A stretch of DNA of 64,000 nucleotides from Candidatus Latescibacterota bacterium (GTDB lineage: Bacteria; Latescibacterota; UBA2968; GCA-2709665): contig OZ241917.1 of the NCBI GenBank assembly GCA_965203805.1, positions 5,024,001-5,088,000 on the forward strand, read 5' to 3'. Of the stretch, positions 58,348 to 64,000 are shown one piece after another. The translations under genes were made by a program, and so were the position numbers. The notes under the pieces are model-generated. The model was not told the origin of the DNA. It saw nothing but the letters and a program-made list of their open reading frames with translations, and made no database searches. Positions within the stretch are counted from its first letter, which is position 1, and each line of letters opens with the position of its first letter.

Positions 58348-59337
58348 ATGAATCCATTCAAGGATCTTGAACGAGAGAACCGGCGGTTGAGAGAGCGCCT
58401 ATCGCGAATGGGCCATGCGAGCCCCGCATTAATGAAAGCCTCGACATTAAGACTGTATTGCAGGGGGTGCTGGACAGCGCCAGATCGTTGACCGACGCGA
58501 AATACGGGATGATGGCGCTGTTGAAGGACGACGTTCGGATACAGAATTGCCTCTCCTCCGGAATGACTCCCAATCAAACCAGACGGATATGGCGCATACC
58601 GGAGAAGGAAGCCCTGTTCGAATACTTCGCTTTCATTGACGAACCGCTGCGATTGCGAGACTTTCACAGCCACACGCGGTCGCTGGGCCTTCCCGAGTTC
58701 CATCCGCCCTGGCCGGTGAGTCCGTCATTGGCGTTTCTGGTTGCGCCCATCCGTTACCGGGGGGAAAGAGTCGGGACGTTCTTTCTGGCCGAAAAGGAGG
58801 GAAGCAGGCCTTTCACGGAAGAAGACGAAGAAACATTGGTGATGTTCGCGTCCCAGTCGGCGCTTGTGATTACCAATGCACGGCGCTGTGCAGGGCGGCG
58901 GGAATTCAGAAGGAGCCGGATGAGCCCTTCGCGCGCGGGGCCTGACCATTGACTACGCCGGGCGGCGCGTTACCGTTGGCGGACGGCCGGTGAAGCTGAC
59001 TGTCATCGAGTACCGGCTCCTCGTGGAACTTTCATTGAACGCGGGGGTGATCGTAACGCACGAAGACTTGTTGCAGAAGGTCTGGCGGAAGAGAAGCGGC
59101 GGCGACACCAGGCCGATTCGCACGGCGATAAAGAGCCTCCGGCGCAAGCTGGGAGACGACGCGAACGCCCCCACGTACATCTTCAACGAGCCGCGCGTGG
59201 GCTATCGATTGGCGAATGGCGAGCAGGCGGAAAGTCGGCAGTGGGTGGCGGCGGGTGGGAGCCGGCTTGTGCCGACCCTTCGACAAGCTCAGGGAGCGGC
59301 ACAGGGTGTACGGGTGACGGACGTGTTTCGCGGATGA
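58348..59337 (+). pseudogene. Frameshifted GAF + OmpR-type winged-helix regulator remnant
   Basis: MNPFKDLERENRRLRERLSR, shift at about 58423, RINESLD..TVLQGVLDSAR (GAF), further shifts at about 58880-58940, then LTIDYAGRRVTV..LT..EY.LL..L...LRRKLGDDA..P.YIF.EPRVGYR. Confidence 0.75.
59270..59300. repeat. REP (CCCTTCGACAAGCTCAGGG family)
   Basis: 31-bp identity with 17087-17117. Confidence 0.75.
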
Positions 59338-59897
59338 TCCGGTGGCACAAGTCTCCTTAATCGACGCGAGCTACGACCCCTGCATCGTTTGATGTCTGTC
59401 CGGGCGTCAGCCACTGGAGCCGCGCTCATGAGCGTTTTTCGTTACAATTGAATCTGATGTCCCGGATTTTGTGCGGTGTGGGAGCGACAGGGCAACATCC
59501 GCGGCTCGGTCTCCGTCTGTGCCGACACGTGGTTGCGCCCTTGTGGCGGGAGGAGGTAGACGCCATCTGTAATCCCGCACAGCCGCTCCCATGCCTTCGC
59601 GGCAGTTTGTCCTCTTACCACGTCGACAGACAGGAAATGCAAGATTAAATAGTAAATATTTAATATTAATACGTAAATTTTGGCTAGATTAACACTAGAG
59701 ACTGGTGATGTCAACAACTAAAGACGCCCGGTGATGCAAGATCACTGGGCGCTGGTCCCTATCCGATCATCGGGACGGGGAACTTGCAAGATAGCAAAGG
59801 GCCGAGGCGGAAGATCCGGCCTCGACCCAGTTGTCGTTGCCCTATGAGACGGACGCGTCAGGTATTCCCTGGATGGATGTTGCCGTTTGCGGCAGCG

Positions 59898-60920
59898 CTA
59901 TCTCTCCGTATCAAGCCGCCCTTGCTCGTCAAGCCGGCGCTTCTCTTCAACGCGTCGGTTCAGTTCAAGTATGGCATTTCGGTATTTCCCACTGGATTTC
60001 CTGGCAAGGGCTTCCCCCAAAGCGGCGCGCGCCTGGTCGAATTGGTCCGTATACATGAAGCTCATGCCAAGATTGTAATATGCCTTATGGACCTTGGGGG
60101 AGTCGGAATGGATATCCGTCGCCATCTGAAAGACGTCGAGTGCGGCCTCCCAGTTGCCCGCCTGGACCATTCGGAACCCGCGTTCCAGTTCCGGTATTTC
60201 CTTGTCGGTTTCGAACGAGACGTACACGCGCTCCGTATACGGCACAATCATCCTCTCGAGAGACCGTACGATGCCCGCCCGGCATGCGGCGAACAGGCGC
60301 CTGCGGTCGGCATTGTCGATGCGTGCCTTGTCCGATGACTCACCCGACTTCCTGATTATCTTACGTTCGGCGAAATTCCTGGTCGCCAGGATCCTTGACG
60401 TGCTTAGATCCACGATTCGCAATTGGACTTCCACATGCGCGGTCCCTTTGAACGCGTATTGCCGACTGCCGGTTTTCTTGTTCGTCTTCTTGCCCTTTTC
60501 CTCATCGTCCTTCCCGGTATCTTCCTCGTCATAGTCGTATGCGAGGATTCCACCCGAGATGAGAACAACGCTGCCGGTATCGTCGTCCCGGCCTCCTCCG
60601 GACTTCAGATTCTCATAGTCGAGGAGTTCGAATCGCCGGGAATGCCCCAGTGCCTGCGCCATCTCGGCGGAGAGTTTTCGAACCCAGGTGTCTTTGGACT
60701 CCACACCCTGCAGAAACTTGCCGAGGTCGCCGAGTTTCGATACGAATCCGCTCCCGGAACCCTTGATATCGCCAATTGTGATCTTGTCGTACTCGCTCAG
60801 GTTGACTTCAGCCGGACGCGTCACCAGGAAGGAGATGCTCCTGCCGCCGCACGCCGTAAACAGCCCCGAGATCGTTAAGATCGACCATAGGGCAAGTTGA
60901 TCCCAGTGGGTTTTTCTCAT
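59898..60920 (-). CDS. Lipoprotein with CsgG-like core and C-terminal TPR
   Basis: Lipobox 'LFTA-C'; 'V.LRIVDL.T.RIL'; TPR 'AYYNLGM.......FDQA...L.EAL'. Confidence 0.7.
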   Translation of the reverse strand: MRKTHWDQLALWSILTISGLFTACGGRSISFLVTRPAEVNLSEYDKITIGDIKGSGSGFVSKLGDLGKFLQGVESKDTWVRKLSAEMAQALGHSRRFELLDYENLKSGGGRDDDTGSVVLISGGILAYDYDEEDTGKDDEEKGKKTNKKTGSRQYAFKGTAHVEVQLRIVDLSTSRILATRNFAERKIIRKSGESSDKARIDNADRRRLFAACRAGIVRSLERMIVPYTERVYVSFETDKEIPELERGFRMVQAGNWEAALDVFQMATDIHSDSPKVHKAYYNLGMSFMYTDQFDQARAALGEALARKSSGKYRNAILELNRRVEEKRRLDEQGRLDTER

Positions 60921-60973
60921 TGCGCTGTGTCCACGCGGATGGAAATTCGCCTGCCATTGTCGAACCCCCGCCG

Positions 60974-61756
60974 CTACTCCTCCGTACCAGTCAGCGCGCG
61001 GATGCGGTCGACGATTGCCTCGACTGTCTCGGTGACCACGTTAAGCAGCGCGAACCGGTCCTCCACGAAGACCTGTGCGCCTTCATATCGGTAACGTACG
61101 GCGTACCCGGTCAGCCAGGTAAGACGCTCGCCGGCGGGGGTGTCGTTTTCGGCGGAATGTTGCCTCACAATCGCGGCCAGGTCCGCCAGATCGTGTGTAT
61201 TGACGTAGTCTGCGTCGAGTGCGGAAATCCAGCCCTTCAGGGCGTTTTCGAGTGCCTGTTGTGCCGTAAATCCGATGAGTTCCTGAGAAGACCGGGGGTC
61301 TTCCGTGAGCACTTCCAGATCGCCGAGACAGCGCTGGGCATTGGCAATGCGCTGCTTGATGTCGGGCCAGTTGCTCGGCTCGGGATTGTCGTAATTTACT
61401 TTGTCTCCATTGGCGTCGAATCCGTCGCGGACGGCCTGGCCCGCCACGTGGTTGCGCGCGCGGCGACCGTAATGGAAATCCACGGCGCTCATTTCGACGA
61501 GGTCGACGCCGACGGAGCCGCCGTACAGTGCTCTGGCTTTGCCGTGAGCGATCGAACTGGCGCGCTGGTACGAGCCATTGTCCAGGGGATCGGCGTCTGT
61601 AATGACGAGCAGATCGACGTCCGAATCCGGACCGAAGTCGCCACGGGCTCGCGAGCCGAACAGGATCACACGGTCCGGATGGACCGAGTTGCCAACGGCG
61701 CGGGCCACGGCGCAGGCTTTCGGGTCGGGTGCGTAACGTGTCGGGAGCTTTGCCAT
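60974..61756 (-). CDS. Minimal nucleotidyltransferase (MNT)-HEPN fusion protein, copy A
   Basis: GSx10DxD 'LFGSRARGDFGPDSDVDL'; HEPN 'GF.AQQALENALK...THDL..L...RY'. Confidence 0.85.
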   Translation of the reverse strand: MAKLPTRYAPDPKACAVARAVGNSVHPDRVILFGSRARGDFGPDSDVDLLVITDADPLDNGSYQRASSIAHGKARALYGGSVGVDLVEMSAVDFHYGRRARNHVAGQAVRDGFDANGDKVNYDNPEPSNWPDIKQRIANAQRCLGDLEVLTEDPRSSQELIGFTAQQALENALKGWISALDADYVNTHDLADLAAIVRQHSAENDTPAGERLTWLTGYAVRYRYEGAQVFVEDRFALLNVVTETVEAIVDRIRALTGTEE

Positions 61757-61833
61757 TGTAGACGTATACACTCTGCGCCGCACGGCCGTTTTTCGTCCCC
61801 CCGCGGCGCCCGGGACTTTACTGAAGCCTCGGC

Positions 61834-63201
61834 TCAGCCCGTCCAGGGTCCGGTAATAGCCAGGGTGATCCCGGGCGACTGGATGTTGGCGTAGAGCGTT
61901 CGGCCGTCGGGCGAGAACGTGGCGCCGGCGAATTCGGACTCGTTGAATGCGTTGCGGCCGAGCTTGTAGAGCCGCCCCTCCGGAGTGACCCCCACCAGGT
62001 GGTTGTCCCCGCCGCCGTCCTCGCAGAGCACGAGGTCGCCCCAGGGCGCCACCGTCAGGTTGTCGCAGTTCTCCACCAGGTTGCCGTCGTTGGGCTCGAT
62101 GAACAGCTCCAGGGTCCCGGGGGAGGCCGTCTCGTCGGGCGTCCCCTCGCCGGGGCTCGGTTCGTAGCGCCACACCTGTCCCTTTTTCTCCTTGCCACCG
62201 CTGGTACACGCAAAGTAGACGGCCTCCCGGCCGTACCACATGCCCTCGCCGCGGGAGAAGCGGGCGGCGCCCTTGTCGAATCCCTGGTTGCGCAGATCAT
62301 TGTTCGGGGACTCCACGTCCTCCACGTCCACCCAGGCCGCGGCCAGGCGGTCTCCGGGAGCGACGGTCTGCGACTCGTGGTTGGCCGTGTCCAGGCTAGG
62401 GCGGTCGAGGGCTATGAGCGCCTGCAGCCGCCCGCCCGCCGCGAGACGTCCGGGCTCGTCGGGCAGGTAGCGGTAGATGAGACCGTCGCCGGCGTCCTCG
62501 GTCTGATAGACGATGCCCGTTGCCGGATGGACGGCCACGGCCTCGTGGTTGAAGCGGCCCATCGCCTTCAGGGCGACCGGCTTCACCGGCCCCGTGGCCG
62601 GACCGGCCGGGACCTCGAAGTTGTACCCGTGGTCCTGCTCGTGATTCTTGTCGGCGCGCTGGGTCGTTTCCTCGCAGGTGATCCAGCTTCCCCAGGGGGT
62701 GAGGCCGCCGGCGCAGTTGCGCACGGTGCCGGCGAGGCTGAGGTAATGTTTCTCCAGTTCACCGGCGGGGCCGAGTACGAAGGTCGTCGTCCCACCCTGT
62801 GGTGGATCGCCGCGGCCCCAGTCGTAGAACCGCTCGCGCGGCAGCTTGCCGAGACGCTCGTTCTCATCGCCGAAGGCGCCGACCTTGCGGGCCCCCGCAG
62901 AGAGTTCGTGGTTGCAGACCAGCAGGGTCCGTCCGTTCGCGCCGGGAAAGGCGGCCATCGCGTCGGGCAGCCCCGGCACCCGCAGGCCATCGTCCATCTC
63001 GACGCCGGTGCGGGAGATCACCCGGTAGGTGAAGCCCGCGGGCAGGTCGATGATCCCGCCAGGGTCCGGTCGCATGGGGCCGTAACCCGCGGCGATCCCC
63101 CCATCGCGGCCTTCCCCCCAGACCACGTGGTACTGCAGTCCGTGGAATCCCAGGGTGACGGCGGCCGCCGACTTCAGGAACTTCCTTCTGGTGAAGGGCA
63201 T
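61834..63201 (-). CDS. PhoX-family (DUF839) alkaline phosphatase, Tat-exported
   Basis: Tat signal 'TRRKFLK'; motifs 'NHE', 'NCAGG.TPWG.W.TCEE', 'GRFNHEA', 'YQTED', 'RGEG', 'DNL', 'LCED', 'EFAG', 'NIQ'. Confidence 0.9.
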   Translation of the reverse strand: MPFTRRKFLKSAAAVTLGFHGLQYHVVWGEGRDGGIAAGYGPMRPDPGGIIDLPAGFTYRVISRTGVEMDDGLRVPGLPDAMAAFPGANGRTLLVCNHELSAGARKVGAFGDENERLGKLPRERFYDWGRGDPPQGGTTTFVLGPAGELEKHYLSLAGTVRNCAGGLTPWGSWITCEETTQRADKNHEQDHGYNFEVPAGPATGPVKPVALKAMGRFNHEAVAVHPATGIVYQTEDAGDGLIYRYLPDEPGRLAAGGRLQALIALDRPSLDTANHESQTVAPGDRLAAAWVDVEDVESPNNDLRNQGFDKGAARFSRGEGMWYGREAVYFACTSGGKEKKGQVWRYEPSPGEGTPDETASPGTLELFIEPNDGNLVENCDNLTVAPWGDLVLCEDGGGDNHLVGVTPEGRLYKLGRNAFNESEFAGATFSPDGRTLYANIQSPGITLAITGPWTG

Positions 63202-63987
63202 CTACTCCTCCGTTTCGGTCAATACGTGGATGCGGCGGACGATCGCCTCGACGGTCCCGGTCACCTCCTCGAGCAGTTCGGAGCGATCGTGAAGCAGGAC
63301 TGCCGCGCCTGTATAGCGATATCTCACCGCATACGCTGTCAGCCACGCCAGCCGTTCGCCGGCGGCGGTGTCGTTTTCGGCGGGATGCCGCCGCACGGTC
63401 GCGGCCAGGTCCGCCAGATCGTGTGTATTGCCGTAGTCCGCGTCGAGCGCGGAAATCCAGCCCTTCAGCGCGTTTTCGAGTGCCTGCTGCGCGTGAAAGC
63501 CGATGGCTTCCTGCGCGGAATTCGCCTCTACCAGATCCTTCAGAACGCCGAGTTCACGCTGGGCATTGGCAATGCGCTGCTTTACGTCGGGCCAGTTGCT
63601 CGGCTCAGGGTTGTTGTACCTTACTTTGTTTCCATTGGTGTCGAATCCGTCGCGGACGGCCTGGCCCGCCACGTGATTGCGCGCGCGGCGACCGTAATGG
63701 AAATCCCCTTCACTTATCGGGACGAGATCGACGCCGATAGAAACGCCGTAAAGCGCTGCGGCCTTTCCGTGAGCGATCGAACTGGCGCGCTGGTACGCGC
63801 CACTGTCCCGGGGACCGGAGTCGGTAATGACGAGCAGATCGACGTCCGATTCCGCGCTGAAGTCGCCACGGGCGCGGGACCCGAACAGAATCACCCGGCC
63901 CGGACGGACCGCCTCGCCAACGGCGCGGGCCACTTCGCAGGCTCTCGGATCGGGTGACAGACGTATCGGTGTCGCTGGCATTTTCAA
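63202..63987 (-). CDS. MNT-HEPN fusion protein, copy B
   Basis: Same motifs as copy A ('GSRARGDFSAESDVD', 'AQQALENALKGWISALDADY.NTHDLADLA'); its stop codon abuts the phoX ATG. Confidence 0.85.
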   Translation of the reverse strand: MKMPATPIRLSPDPRACEVARAVGEAVRPGRVILFGSRARGDFSAESDVDLLVITDSGPRDSGAYQRASSIAHGKAAALYGVSIGVDLVPISEGDFHYGRRARNHVAGQAVRDGFDTNGNKVRYNNPEPSNWPDVKQRIANAQRELGVLKDLVEANSAQEAIGFHAQQALENALKGWISALDADYGNTHDLADLAATVRRHPAENDTAAGERLAWLTAYAVRYRYTGAAVLLHDRSELLEEVTGTVEAIVRRIHVLTETEE

Positions 63988-64000
63988 TTTAAATTCGCAG

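Noticed and set aside
59340-59890. Small ORFs and an AT-rich patch
   Set aside because: No RBS, motif or codon support; cannot be assigned from sequence alone.
61757-62239. Arg/Gly-rich extension of the 421-aa ORF
   Set aside because: It overlaps phoX out of frame, and alignment with copy B places the start at 61756.
61999-63957. 652-aa plus-strand ORF
   Set aside because: Antisense shadow of phoX and MNT-HEPN(B).

Overview
GC-rich bacterial chromosomal window with about 50 genes. I found no rRNA, tRNA, CRISPR array or transposase. A lifestyle like that of Latescibacterota/Gemmatimonadota-type host-associated bacteria is inferred only from gene content: many Gfo/Idh/MocA and ceramidase-like enzymes and an NHL/FG-GAP surface protein with a dockerin-like tail. 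Main contents: (1) A hicB-hicA pair whose hicA is frameshifted at an A7 run. (2) Catabolic genes: TIM-barrel isomerase, APC permease-USP fusion, ceramidase-like hydrolases, oxidoreductases and enolase-superfamily enzymes. (3) A nine-gene corrinoid methyl-transfer cluster (12.4-21.3 kb) next to a divergent FadR/GntR regulator. It has three different methyltransferases, one stand-alone B12 protein, a RACo activase, a MetF-MetV-like fusion and three uncharacterised small proteins. (4) An IMPase-like / left-handed beta-helix (LbH) acyltransferase / GalK-like cluster divergent from nagA-recD2. (5) A long minus-strand run: lepA, lepB, hemW, thrB, SLBB, Wzz, MetE-core, a giant surface protein, tsaC. 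(6) menC-like gene, a PIN module, lon, an atypical REC-AraC regulator and a decayed GAF-wHTH gene. (7) phoX sandwiched between two paralogous MNT-HEPN fusion genes. Intergenic DNA is crowded with several REP/MITE families. These include a 33-bp CCTGCCTGC-N15-GCAGGCAGG element seen inserted inside other repeats, with an empty homologous site in the same window.
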